In this document: in pieces, positions 15,844-26,404 of the stretch | How positions within the stretch are numbered: position 1 is the stretch's first letter | Layout: each line of letters opens with the position of its first letter | The notes under the pieces: generated by a model | Told to the model about the DNA's origin: nothing | What the model saw: only the letters and a program-made list of their open reading frames with translations | Databases searched by the model: none | Assembly: GCA_963815195.1 (NCBI GenBank) | Contig: CAWFGE010000020.1 | Location: forward strand, 64,001-128,000 | DNA: 64,000 nt | Direction of reading: 5' to 3' | Source of the DNA: an uncultured Planctomycetaceae bacterium | Lineage (GTDB): Bacteria; Planctomycetota; Planctomycetia; Planctomycetales; Planctomycetaceae | Position numbers and translations under genes: made by a program

Positions 15844-16306
15844 CCGGCAATCGTTCGCCGAGGCACGGAAACCTCTTCATCGCCAAGAACTCAAGAAATC
15901 AAAGCGGCTTTGGAATGGCTGAATGTGATGGGACCGGTGAGAGATACCGCGACCGCCTGATGAGAGGCCCACCATCAGCCGGTCGAAAAGGGGGCGGATT
16001 ATAGACGGCGGGATTCCAGAGTGTCAAGAATGGTTCCCCCGCCCGGGCTTCAGCAAGTTGCGGAGCATAAAAAGCCCTTAAAGCCCTTCCTTCAAATATC
16101 TTATGGCAATCGAGATTTTCGTAACTTTTCTGCACAGGAACCGGATTTCAAGGGCGGAACGGCGAGTTTGCAAAAACCACAAGTCCCGCGAATCGGAGGA
16201 TTTCAGATGACCGGAGGCGCTTGACGCTGCCGCAGTCCGTACACACCCACCGCTCGGAAAACATCCGATTGAAAAGCACGAGGAATCGGTGAGAAATAGA
16301 GACCAC

Positions 16307-17545
16307 TCAGTGGATCCTGAGGGGCAGCATCATGTCGGGGCCGTTGGCCGCTCGCGCGTTTTCCTCGTCGAAGATCGTGCGGATCTCCGCTTCGGATTTC
16401 ATCTTTTGGATGAAGTCGTGAGCGGCGGCCTGGCGGGCGTTTTGTTCCAGCCTGGCTTTGATCTCGGCCTGCAGATCGTCGAACGATTTGTATCGCGCTT
16501 CCTCGCGCTGATTGACCATCACGATTTTGAAGGATTGGCCGTCCTCGTAAACCTCGCTGGGACAGTTGGGGGGCAGTTCAAACAACGCCTGGTCGACCTG
16601 CTTGTCGGCAAGGCTGCCCTCGGTGGTCCACTCCCAGCGGCCGCCGTTGGCCGCGTTCGGACCATCCGACATTTCTTTGGCGACCTCGGTGAAGTTCTCC
16701 CCGCGGCTGGGGCGGAGCTTCTCGATGATTTCGTGCATCCGCTTTTGCGCCCTGTCCTCTCCCCCGTGCTGCGAGAACTCCACGACAATCTGCTGCCATT
16801 TCACGCGGGCCGGCACGTGGTAGTCCTCGTGATGCTCGTTGTAATACGCCAACATTTCCGGCCGGCCGATTTCGATGTCGGATTTGGTCTTCGACCCCAA
16901 AAACTGCATGGCCATTTGCTGGTTGGCAAAATTGGTTTTGAGATTCGCGAGCGAAGTGTGCTGTTTGCGGAGTTCCTGCTCGAGCTCCAACTTGGTGCTC
17001 ACGTTGGCTTCTTTCATCATCCGGGCCATTTCTTTCTCGAAGGCCTCGTCGATGAATTGTTTGAGCATCGTAATCTGCTCTTTTTTCAGCATGGCCTTGA
17101 GCCCCTCGGCCAGCAATTTTCGCTCGATGTGGCTGTCCAAATCCTTCTGGAGGAGCATCTTCCGAGCTTTGTCGTAGTCATCGGGCGGGAGTTGCTTCTT
17201 GGCTTCCGCCAACTGCGGACCGTAGCGTTCCAAGACTTCCGAAGCAAGAATCGGCGAGCCGTTGACCGTCGCCACCGTTTGGCTCCCGGAGAGCGGATTG
17301 TTTTGGGCCGAGGTCAGGCTCGCCGGTTGGACATGGGGATCGTCGATCGCGGAGGGGCTGTTCTCGGCGTCGGCGGTTTTCACGAGGGATCCGTCGTCGG
17401 CGCCTTCGGGCATCGATGCCTCGTTATTGAAGGAGATCCGCGGCGGAGGCGGCCCCATCACCGGATTGTCCACTTTGGGTTTATTCAGCGTGTCGCAGCC
17501 CGCGAGCGCCAAAATCGTCAGCAGGGAAATCGGTACGCCGCGCAT
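16307..17545 (-). CDS. SurA/PrsA-like parvulin peptidyl-prolyl isomerase lipoprotein
   Basis: Lipobox LAGC; VATVNGSPILASEV; FTEVAKEMSDGP..GG parvulin motif. Confidence 0.85.
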   Translation of the reverse strand: MRGVPISLLTILALAGCDTLNKPKVDNPVMGPPPPRISFNNEASMPEGADDGSLVKTADAENSPSAIDDPHVQPASLTSAQNNPLSGSQTVATVNGSPILASEVLERYGPQLAEAKKQLPPDDYDKARKMLLQKDLDSHIERKLLAEGLKAMLKKEQITMLKQFIDEAFEKEMARMMKEANVSTKLELEQELRKQHTSLANLKTNFANQQMAMQFLGSKTKSDIEIGRPEMLAYYNEHHEDYHVPARVKWQQIVVEFSQHGGEDRAQKRMHEIIEKLRPSRGENFTEVAKEMSDGPNAANGGRWEWTTEGSLADKQVDQALFELPPNCPSEVYEDGQSFKIVMVNQREEARYKSFDDLQAEIKARLEQNARQAAAHDFIQKMKSEAEIRTIFDEENARAANGPDMMLPLRIH

Positions 17546-17837
17546 GGGGCATCTTCCAATTGAATCGAGAACTTCGCATCGGGAATAGGGAGCGGGAAAG
17601 GGTTCGGACCGGCGGGGTCAATCACAACGCAGACGACGAGAGGGGAGATCGCCAATCAAATGGGCGGGGGAATATAAGCCAGAACCCCAAACAAGGTCAA
17701 ACCCGAAATCCCAGCCTTTTTGCCCATCAATTGCCCATGTGACGAAATCGTGCTCGCTCGGCACGTCCTGGGGTACCCTAAAGATGGGGAAAAGGGGCAA
17801 GGAAGGGCGTAGGATTTGGGATCACGACATCCTTTGT

Positions 17838-19409
17838 TCAGCGCCCCGGCTGATAGGACGCGGCCAGAAGATTTTCAATCGCCGAGAGTTCCACCGGCTT
17901 GACCAGGTGTTTGTCGAAGCCGGCGTTTTTGGACCTTTGGCGATCGACTTCCTGGCCGTAACCGGTCAAAGCCACGAGGAGGATTTCACGGAACTCGGGC
18001 AGGGCCCGGATGGCTTTCGCGACCTGAAAGCCGTCCATGCCGGGCAGTCCGATGTCGAGCAGGACGACTTCGGGGCGGAACTGCCGGGTTTTCTGCAAGG
18101 CGTTCGTCCCGTCGAAGGCGGTGTCGACGACATGGCCGCCCGACTTGGCGAGCAGCGCCGAGAGCATGCGGGCGGCCCCCACGTTGTCGTCCACCACAAG
18201 AATCCGCCGGCCTTGGCTGGCCGGGCCCACGGGAATCGCGGGCTCGGCTTCGGGGGCCGCTTCGAAGATCGGCAACCGCACCACAAACAGGCTGCCTTTT
18301 CCTTGTCCCTCGCTGTGGGCGGTGATCGAACCGTCGTGCAATTCCACCAACCGTTGCACCAGGGTCAGGCCGATTCCCAGTCCTCCTTGGGCGCGGTCGA
18401 GGGCACAGGACGCCTGCGTGAACAGCTCGAAAATGTTCGGGAGCAGATCCGATTCGATGCCGATGCCCGTATCTTCGACGCTGATCACCGCCTGCCCGTC
18501 CTGGGAGCCGGCCGACAGAACGATCCGGCCTCCGAGATCCGTATATTTGACGGAGTTGTTGAGCAGGTTCTCGATGACTTGCACCATGCGGACGCGGTCG
18601 GCGTTCAGCCAGATGGCTTCGCCCGGCAGAACGACCGCAAGGTCCTGCTGCCGGCGCTCGAGCATGGGGCGGATCGCCTTCACGGATTGGTCGATCAATG
18701 CCGAGAGTTCCACGGGCTCTTTGCGGAGATCGATTTTTCCCTGCATGATCCGCGACGTATCCAAGAGGTCGTCCACGAGCCGGACCAGATGCCGGAGCTG
18801 CTCTTGGATCAAGCTGATCGTTTCCCGATTGCCGCCGCCCTCCATCTGCAGGATCTCGAGCCCGCTCCAGATCGGGGCCAAGGGATTTCGCAGTTCGTGG
18901 GAAAGCGTCGCGATAAACTCGTCCTTGCGGCGATTGGCCAGGCGAAGTTGCTCGGTGCGGTCCTCGACGGCCTGTTCCAGCTCGGCGGCGTGATTCTCGA
19001 GCGCCTCCTGCTGCTGTTGAAGCTGCCGGGACATCTTTCGCATGCGGATCGCGCGGGTCAGCGCGGCGACGACGTAATCCCGGTCGATCGGCTTTTGAAT
19101 GAAGTCGAACGCGCCCCCGCGAAGCGCCTGCACCGCGAGGTCGTGCTGGCCGTGGCCGGTGATCAAGAGCGTGGGCAATTCGGGCTTCACGCTGCGGATT
19201 TCTTTCAACAAGGCCAGGCCGTCCATGCCGGGCATTTTGATGTCGGTGACCACGGCGTCATAGTCGCAGGCGGAAATCTTTTGGATCGCCGTGAGCGCCG
19301 AGTCGCAGGTCTCCACTTCAAGTTCCGGCATGCGCAGGCAGAGCGCTCCGCTGAGGGCGGTCAACAGGGCCGGGTCGTCGTCCACGATCAAGATTCGGCT
19401 CGCACTCAT
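17838..19409 (-). CDS. Hybrid kinase REC-HisKA-HATPase-REC
   Basis: ILIVDDD..DIKMPGMDG; LSHELRNPL; NLLNNSVKYT; GLGIGL; C-terminal DIGLPGMDG. Confidence 0.93.
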   Translation of the reverse strand: MSASRILIVDDDPALLTALSGALCLRMPELEVETCDSALTAIQKISACDYDAVVTDIKMPGMDGLALLKEIRSVKPELPTLLITGHGQHDLAVQALRGGAFDFIQKPIDRDYVVAALTRAIRMRKMSRQLQQQQEALENHAAELEQAVEDRTEQLRLANRRKDEFIATLSHELRNPLAPIWSGLEILQMEGGGNRETISLIQEQLRHLVRLVDDLLDTSRIMQGKIDLRKEPVELSALIDQSVKAIRPMLERRQQDLAVVLPGEAIWLNADRVRMVQVIENLLNNSVKYTDLGGRIVLSAGSQDGQAVISVEDTGIGIESDLLPNIFELFTQASCALDRAQGGLGIGLTLVQRLVELHDGSITAHSEGQGKGSLFVVRLPIFEAAPEAEPAIPVGPASQGRRILVVDDNVGAARMLSALLAKSGGHVVDTAFDGTNALQKTRQFRPEVVLLDIGLPGMDGFQVAKAIRALPEFREILLVALTGYGQEVDRQRSKNAGFDKHLVKPVELSAIENLLAASYQPGR

Positions 19410-20597
19410 AACGGATCCTCCCCTCGGGCATTGGTGACGGGTTGAGTTTTAGCCAAAGGCAACCGAATCAAAAACGAGGCCCCGGCACCCGGTTCGCTCG
19501 CCACGGAAATCGTGCCGCCGTGATCGGTGATGATTCCATAAGTGATCGACAGTCCCAGCCCCGTGCCGGAGCCGACCTCTTTGGTCGTAAAAAACGGATC
19601 GAAGATTCGCTCTTCCAGTCCCGCCGGAATCCCCGTGCCTGTGTCCTGAAACAGGAGCGCCACCTCGGATTTTTCCACCCGGCAGGAAATGGAAATCCGT
19701 TTGCGCGGGGACTCGGTGACGGCGTCGCGGGCATTCGTCAGCAGGTTGATGAAGACTTGCTCCAGACGGATCGCGTTCCCGATGACTTTGGGACCGTCGT
19801 CCGCCGGAAGGTTCAGGTCGAGTTGAATCTGCCGCAGACGGAGTTGTTCCTGCATCAGCGAGACGCTGCGGAGGATCGCGTCCTTGATGACGACCGGCAC
19901 GCGGCTGATGTGCGCGGCCCGGCCGAACGTCCGCAAGTGAGAGATGATCTCCGTTGCTTTTCGGACTTGGAGCATCGTGTTGTGGAGATAGCGGAGAATC
20001 GTCGCGCGTTCGTCGGCTTTCATTTCCAACAGGTCGATCGCGTTGCCCACGAACAGGCCGATGTTGTTGAGCGGGTTGTTGAGTTCGTGGGCGACGCCGG
20101 TGGTCAATTCGCCGAGCGTGGCCAATTTCGCGGCCTGGACGAGCTGGTCCTGCTTTTCGCGGAGTTCCTGCTCGCGGCGGCCCATTGCCTCGGTGGTGTC
20201 CCGCAAGTCGCCCATGATGTGGATCATCGCCTTGCGGCTGTTTTCCAACCGCAGGTTGGTCTGATGCACGTCTTGGAGAATGTGCAGCAGCGCCCGCCGC
20301 GAGTTGTCCAGCCGCTCGGTCTGCCGGCCCAGCCGCCGGCGGTCTTCTTCGTAATCGCCGAGGATGTGCAGCATCGCCTTGCGCTGATCCGCGAGCCGCT
20401 TGTTGGTATTGTTGAGCTCGCCCATGATGTGGATCATGGCGCGGCGCTGCTCGTCCCGCTTGCGCAAACGCTGCTCGAGTTCCTTCACCTGCCGCCTGAG
20501 CGCGCTGGACCTCCGCCGCCTCGGCTTTCGCTTCGGGGGGCTCGCCGACGAGGTGGCAATGATGGACAGCGCCCACCGTCACACCTTCGGCGATCAT
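19406..20597 (-). CDS. NtrB-type histidine kinase with repeated coiled-coil N-terminus and no sensor domain; frameshift near 20505
   Basis: GVAHELNNPL, NLLTNARDA, FFTTK, GTGLGL; ATG at 20597 overlaps the upstream stop and joins EVQ-ALRRQVKELEQ after one indel. Confidence 0.88.
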
Positions 20598-22275
20598 TGG
20601 ACCGGCTCCGCCTGTGCCTTGTGTTTTTCAGGCGCGATTTGCGTCCTGAGCTTTTGGTTGTCTTTAATCATTTTCTCCAATTCCTTCTCGAGCGCAATCA
20701 TCTTCAATTCGCGGCCGACGACCACTTCTTCGAACTTCTCCAAGTCGAGGATTTTTTCCTGGAGTTCGGCTTTCGATTTTTCCAGGTCGCGGACCACGCG
20801 CTCGTAAGCCCGCATGTCGTGCAGAATCCCGATGGCCCCGATCACCCGCCCCTCCGGATCGCGCAGGGCCGAGGCGTTCAGGGTCGTGGGAATCACCTCG
20901 CCCGAGGCGCTTCGCGGATTGAGGCGGGCGTTTCGCGTGACGCCGCGCTCCACCACCTCGCGGAGGGCCGCGGTGAACTCGCGGGTTTCCTCGGGACTGA
21001 TGAACCGCGACAGCGACTGCTCCACGACTTCGTCCGTCCGGAAACCGAGCAAGCGCATAGACCGCGTCGTTCGCCTGGAGGATCTTGCCCTCCAGGTCGG
21101 AGACGAACACCGGGTCCGGGGCGTTCTTGATCAGGCTTTCCGCATAGGCCCGGGCTTTGTCCAACTCCCGCATGTCGCGGAGAATCCCGATCACGCCGAT
21201 CGCATGCCCCTCGGCATCGCGGAGAGCCGAGGCGTTGAGTGTCGTCGAAATCACTTCGCCCGAGGCGCTGCGGGGATTGAGGCGGGCGTTCTTGGTGACG
21301 CCCCGCTCCACCACTTCGCGGAGGGCCGCGGTGAACTCGCGGGCTTCTTCCGGACTGATGAACCGCGACAGCGACTGCTCGATGACTTCGTCCGTCCGGA
21401 AACCGAGCAACGTATAAACCGCGTCGTTGGCCTGGAGAATCTTGCCTTCCAGGTCGGAAACGAACACCGGGTCGGGGGCGTTTTTAATCAGGCTTTCCGC
21501 ATAGGCCCGGGCTTTGTCGAGTTCCCGCATGTCGCGGAGAATCCCGATCGCCCCGATCACCCGCCCGTCCACATCGCGGAGGGCCGAGGCGTTGAGGCTG
21601 GTGGGAATGATTTCGCCCGTCGCCGTGCGCGGATGCAGCACGGCGTTGCGCGTCACGCCGTGCTCGACAACCTCGCGAAGGGCGGCGGTGAACTCGCGGG
21701 TTTCCTCCGGACTGATGAACCGGGCCAGCGATTGCTCGAGCACCTCGTCCTGCCGAAAACCCAGCAGTTGGGAAACCGCATCGTTGGCCTGGAGGATTTT
21801 GCCTTCCAAGTCGGAGACGAACACCGGGTCCGGGGCATTTTTAATCAGGCTTTCCGCATACGCCCGGGCTTTGTCGAGTTCCCGCATGTCGCGGAGGATC
21901 CCGATCGCCCCGATCACCTTGCCGTCCGAGTCCCGGAGGGCCGACGCGTTTAAGCGTCGTGGGAATGATCTCCCCGGAAGCGCTTCGGGGATTGAGGCGG
22001 GTGTTGCGAATCCCGCCGCGTTCCACCACCTCGCGGAGGGCGGCGGTGAACTCGCGGGTTTCCTCCGGGCTGATGAACCGCGACAGCGACTGCTCGAGCA
22101 CTTCATCCTGCCGAAACCCCAACAGCTCGGACACCGCGTCGTTCGCCTGGAGGATTTTCCCCTCCAAGTCCGAAACGAACACCGGGTCCGGGGCGTTCGC
22201 GATGATGATGTTCGCATCCAGCGAATGTTTCGGATTCGGGTTTTGTTGAATCGCGACAGACGATTTGTGGTTCAT
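20594..22275 (-). CDS. Protein with four tandem near-identical PAS domains and a C-terminal coiled coil; frameshifts near 21955 and 21058
   Basis: 119-aa unit NAPDPVFVSDLEGKILQANDAV..IGILRDMRE repeated 4 times; tail LEKFEEVVVGRELKMIALEKE. Confidence 0.88.
20790..22200 (-). repeat. Intragenic tandem repeat, 4 x 357 nt
   Basis: Anchor gaacaccggg recurs at 21105, 21462, 21819 and 22177 (spacing 357, 357, 358). Confidence 0.93.
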
Positions 22276-22683
22276 AGATTGTTCCCATCCAAAGGAAAGT
22301 GGGAAGGTAAGTGCGGGGGGGGACTCGCAGAGATTGAGATTGGGAGGCGGTTCCTTCCAAAAAGCCGTGCCACGAGTGGGAGAGATCGTTTTCGCGGCCA
22401 TGTCGATATGATGGAATGCTTTGTTGCGGTTTCGACGTTGTCCCTTCAAGAATCAGAATTTCCCTAGTGTTACGGACAGAGATCATTTTTGCTACCGGTC
22501 GAATTCCTGGAATTCCGATCGGAAAAAATCTGACGACCCCCACCTTCCCTCCCCACGGGCAGTTCGACGTTCCCCGAAGGCTTGGGTAGGAATCCGGGAC
22601 CTCGGCGATTATAAACTGTGCTGCAGATTCGAGACGGCCTCGAATGGAACTTCTCGCCACATCGGATAAAAAGGGCAGCTCCC

Positions 22684-23690
22684 ATGACCAACCTCGACCC
22701 CGGTCAGCAACTCGACCGAATGATTACCGGATATTGGATTTCCCAGGCGATTTACGCGGCGGCGAAATTCGGCATCGCGGATGAACTGCAAAACGGCACG
22801 CGATCGGTGGATTCGCTGGCCGAGGCCACCGGCACCAACCCGAATGCGCTCCATCGGTTGCTGCGGGCCCTCGCGAGCGTGGGGGTTTTTGCGGAAACCG
22901 AACCCCGGCAGTTCGCGTTGACGCCTTTGGCCGAGCCGCTTCGAAGCGACGTGCCGGGCTCGAAGCGGTGCTCGCATTGATGTCGGGCGACGAGCAGTTT
23001 CGGGCTTGGGCGGAGATCGATTACAGCGTCAAGACCGGCAAGACAGCGTTCGACAAAGTCTACGGCGAGCCGGTCTTCGATTATCTCGCGGACCATCCCG
23101 AGAAGGCCCGGATTTTCGATGCCGCGATGACGGGCATTCACGGACGGGAAGCCCATGCCGTGCTCGATGCGTATGATTTTTCGGCGTTCGGAACAATTGC
23201 CGACATCGGCGGAGGCAATGGCTCGCAGATTTCCAGTCTTTTAGAAAAATATGCGTCGACCCAAGGCATTCTGTTCGATCTGCCCCATGTGATCGAGCGT
23301 GCCAGACCCCGCATCGACTCGGCCGGGCTTTCGGACCGCTGCCAGCTCGTCGGGGGCAGTTTTTTCGAGTCCGTTCCGGAAGGCGCGGACGCGTACATCC
23401 TCCGGCACATCGTCCATGACTGGGACGAAGACAAAGTGCTCGCGATCCTGCACAACTGCCACAAGGCCATGCCGACTCACGGGAAACTGCTCGTCGTGGA
23501 AAGCGTGATTCCCCCAGGCAACGAACCGTTCGGCGGCAAGTTGCTGGATCTGGTGATGCTCCTGATCCCGGGCGGACAGGAACGCACGGAAGCCGAATAC
23601 CAGAGCCTGCTGGGCAAAGCCGGCTTCGAACTCGCCCGAGTCGTGCCCACCCGCACGGAGATCAGCGTCCTGGAAGCCGTCAAACGCTGA
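22684..23690 (+). CDS. SAM-dependent O-methyltransferase (dimerisation + Methyltransf_2); frameshift near 22970
   Basis: AAAKFGIADEL, LHRLLRALASVGVF, DIGGGNG, LRHIVHDW, GGQERT. Confidence 0.9.
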
Positions 23691-24034
23691 TCCGCCCGAT
23701 CTGTCGGGGTGGCGATTCAACAGAATCCTTGTGCACAAAACCGGGGATGTGTTCATTATTCCCCTGTGGCGGATTCCCGAGGGAAATACCCACATTGTCA
23801 TGCGCCGATTCCCTTGTGCGAAATAACTTCAAGCCCCTATTGGCTTTAAACCCGGCTCCCACAGTAACTTGTCCGAAGATCAGCACGCGGTTATACTTAT
23901 AATAAGTGACTTCACCAGTGCACGTCGTCATGTATACATTGCCATAGCAGCAGATCGAATGGTCGCCCCGTCATTCCCTTAGAGATTTCTGCCCATCCTC
24001 GCCTCGAACCGGACCGGTTTTTTTGGGTGATGTT

Positions 24035-24262
24035 ATGCAATGTCCTAGATGCAGATCGCGGCACTTGAGGATCGAGGTTTGCTTCCGGGGATGGGTGACC
24101 GCTTTGTTCAATAGCGCGGCGGATTACGAACTCACGGAACCCGTTTCCATCAGCTCCTCCTGGGGGGACGACTCGCCGTGCGCTTGCGTGGAGTGCGGAT
24201 GGACGGGCGTTGTCGCCGACGCTTTGGTCGATGGCGAATCGAACCCGCCCGACGCCGGCTAA
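24035..24262 (+). CDS. Small zinc-ribbon-like hypothetical protein
   Basis: MQCPRC ... CVECGW cysteine pairs. Confidence 0.6.
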   Translation: MQCPRCRSRHLRIEVCFRGWVTALFNSAADYELTEPVSISSSWGDDSPCACVECGWTGVVADALVDGESNPPDAG

Positions 24263-24384
24263 CGCCGCGCTCGTTTTCTCACGACGTTCGCGGCGCGGAA
24301 TGGGTTCGTTTCTCTTTTCGGAGGATCGAACTATAATCTCCCGAAAATTCCGTTTTTGCCTCGCTCTTTTCTCGGTGGGAAGTT

Positions 24385-25599
24385 ATGCCCAGTTGTGTTT
24401 TAGCCTATTCCGGCGGATTGGATACTTCGGTCATCCTGGGGTGGTTACAGGATGAGGGATACGAAGTGCATTGCGTGTATGTCGATCTGGGTCAGCCCTG
24501 TGAAGACCGCGAGGCAATTCTGCAGAAAGCCAAGGGCAACGGAGCCAAGTCGGCCCGCATCGTGGACGTGCAGGAAGAGCTCTGCCGGGATTTCGCGTTT
24601 CCGGTGCTCGGGTGGCAGGCCAAGTACGAAAACATTTATCTCCTGGGCACGTCCATCGCCCGCCCGCTGATCTCCAAAGCCTGCCTGCAAGTGGCGCGCG
24701 AAGTCGGGGCGGACGCCTTCGCCCACGGAGCCACCGGCAAAGGCAACGACCAATGCCGATTCCAACTCGCCGCGGAGGCCTTGGAACCGGACGTCCAAAT
24801 GATCGCCCCCTGGCGGATCGAAAAGTTCCGAAAGCAGTTCCCGGGCCGGCGGGAGATGATCGATTACTGCGAGCAAAAAGGCATCCCGGTCAAAGCCTCC
24901 GTGGAAAAGCCCTACAGCTCCGACGAAAACTGTCTGCACATCAGCTACGAGGCCGGCCGGCTGGAAGATTTCACGACCGACGGCTACGAAACGGTCGACT
25001 TCGGCATGAGCGTCTCGCCCCAGGACGCCCCGGACAAGCCCGAACGCATCGCCATCGCGTTCGAGCACGGCATTCCCGTGGCCCTGAATGGAAATCGCTG
25101 CTCCGCCTTGGAAATGGTCTTACAACTGAACGCGGTGGGCGGACGGAACGGGATCGGGCGGATCGACATTGTCGAAAACCGGTTCGTGGGCATGAAAAGC
25201 CGGGGCGTTTACGAAGCCCCGGGGATGACGATTCTCTACGCCGCCCACCAGTTGCTCGAACAACTCACAGTCAACCGGGATTTGCTCCACCTGCGGGACC
25301 GGATTTCTCCGGAAGTCGCCGAGATGGTATATTATGGTTTTTGGTATGTTCCGAAAATGGACGCCTTGATGTCGTTCATCAAGACCGCCCAGCAGCCCGT
25401 CACGGGGGATGTGGTCTTAAATCTTTACAAGGGCAATGTTTTGGTTTCGAGCCGGCAAAGTCCCAACAGCTTGTACGATGCCGAGGTCGCGAGCATGGAA
25501 GGCGGCGGCAGCTACAACCAGACCGACGCCGAGGGCTTTTTGCGGATTATGGGGCTTCCCAGCCGGGTCGAGGGCCGCGTGCACAAACGGATTTATTGA
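24385..25599 (+). CDS. argG: Argininosuccinate synthase
   Basis: LAYSGGLDTS, HGATGKGNDQ, ENRFVGMKSRGVYE. Confidence 0.97.
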   Translation: MPSCVLAYSGGLDTSVILGWLQDEGYEVHCVYVDLGQPCEDREAILQKAKGNGAKSARIVDVQEELCRDFAFPVLGWQAKYENIYLLGTSIARPLISKACLQVAREVGADAFAHGATGKGNDQCRFQLAAEALEPDVQMIAPWRIEKFRKQFPGRREMIDYCEQKGIPVKASVEKPYSSDENCLHISYEAGRLEDFTTDGYETVDFGMSVSPQDAPDKPERIAIAFEHGIPVALNGNRCSALEMVLQLNAVGGRNGIGRIDIVENRFVGMKSRGVYEAPGMTILYAAHQLLEQLTVNRDLLHLRDRISPEVAEMVYYGFWYVPKMDALMSFIKTAQQPVTGDVVLNLYKGNVLVSSRQSPNSLYDAEVASMEGGGSYNQTDAEGFLRIMGLPSRVEGRVHKRIY

Positions 25600-25712
25600 A
25601 CCAATCCACCAAAAAACGGGAAATTCGGGAATAAATGAGGCGGTCGAAGGGTCCCACATGGTGAGCGGCTGGATTGGCCAGCCAGTGTGAATCACCTTAC
25701 GAATGGAGAGCC

Positions 25713-26087
25713 ATGATGAAAGCGTTTCTGGGACTAACCTGTGCCGTTGCCATTCTTTGTGTCGCGATTGGTTGCGGCGGAAAAACGGCGTCAGAGAACA
25801 AATCCGCCTCCGGAACCACCCAAAACAACGAGGAATCGCCGAAGAAAAACGCCGATTCGGAAATGCCGCCGGCCAATCCGCCCAACCAAAATGAAGAGCC
25901 CCCCGCAAACCCGACCCCGGCCCCGGAAAACGACAACCCGACCCCGGCCCCGGAAAAACCGGCTCCGGCTCCCGAAGCGAAAAACCCGGTCCCGGCTCCC
26001 GAAGCCAACAATCCCACCCCGGAAAAACCCAAAGCACCGGCCAACCCGGAAGCCCCCAAAAAGCCAACCGAGGAAAAAGGAACATAG
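25713..26087 (+). CDS. Small Pro-rich, probably disordered lipoprotein
   Basis: Lipobox AIGC; repeated NPTPAPE-like units. Confidence 0.7.
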   Translation: MMKAFLGLTCAVAILCVAIGCGGKTASENKSASGTTQNNEESPKKNADSEMPPANPPNQNEEPPANPTPAPENDNPTPAPEKPAPAPEAKNPVPAPEANNPTPEKPKAPANPEAPKKPTEEKGT

Positions 26088-26118
26088 AACCGAGCATTCC
26101 ATTCCAAGAATCCAACCG

Positions 26119-26154
26119 GCCAAAGGGTTCCATTCGGGAACCCTTTGGCTTTTT
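26119..26154 (+). terminator. Intrinsic terminator
   Basis: gccaaagggttcc / ggaaccctttggc stem followed by ttttt, just downstream of the lipoprotein gene. Confidence 0.75.
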
Positions 26155-26404
26155 CGCTGCGCGACCGGGTGCGGTGGATCGAGAAAAATCCGGCCGCGAA
26201 GGTTTCCCTGGGTTTCCGTGACCGCTCGCCAGTTTGCCCAGGCTGCCGTGGTTTCAGACCGGGATTGACAGGATTTTCGATCTGGAGACACTTCGCTTTC
26301 CCTCGCCTTTCCCCAGAACGGGCGGGGGAGACAATTTGTTCTACCCAGATCACAATCTTGACCCTTGAGATGAAGGTCTCTCCCCGCGTGACCCCATCAT
26401 CCCT

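Noticed and set aside
20790..22200. PAS repeats as a diversity-generating retroelement template/variable pair
   Set aside because: No reverse transcriptase in the window; differences are mostly synonymous and not adenine-specific.
25900..26060. NPTPAPE repeats as a contingency locus
   Set aside because: Degenerate in-frame low-complexity linker, not a perfect short repeat tract.
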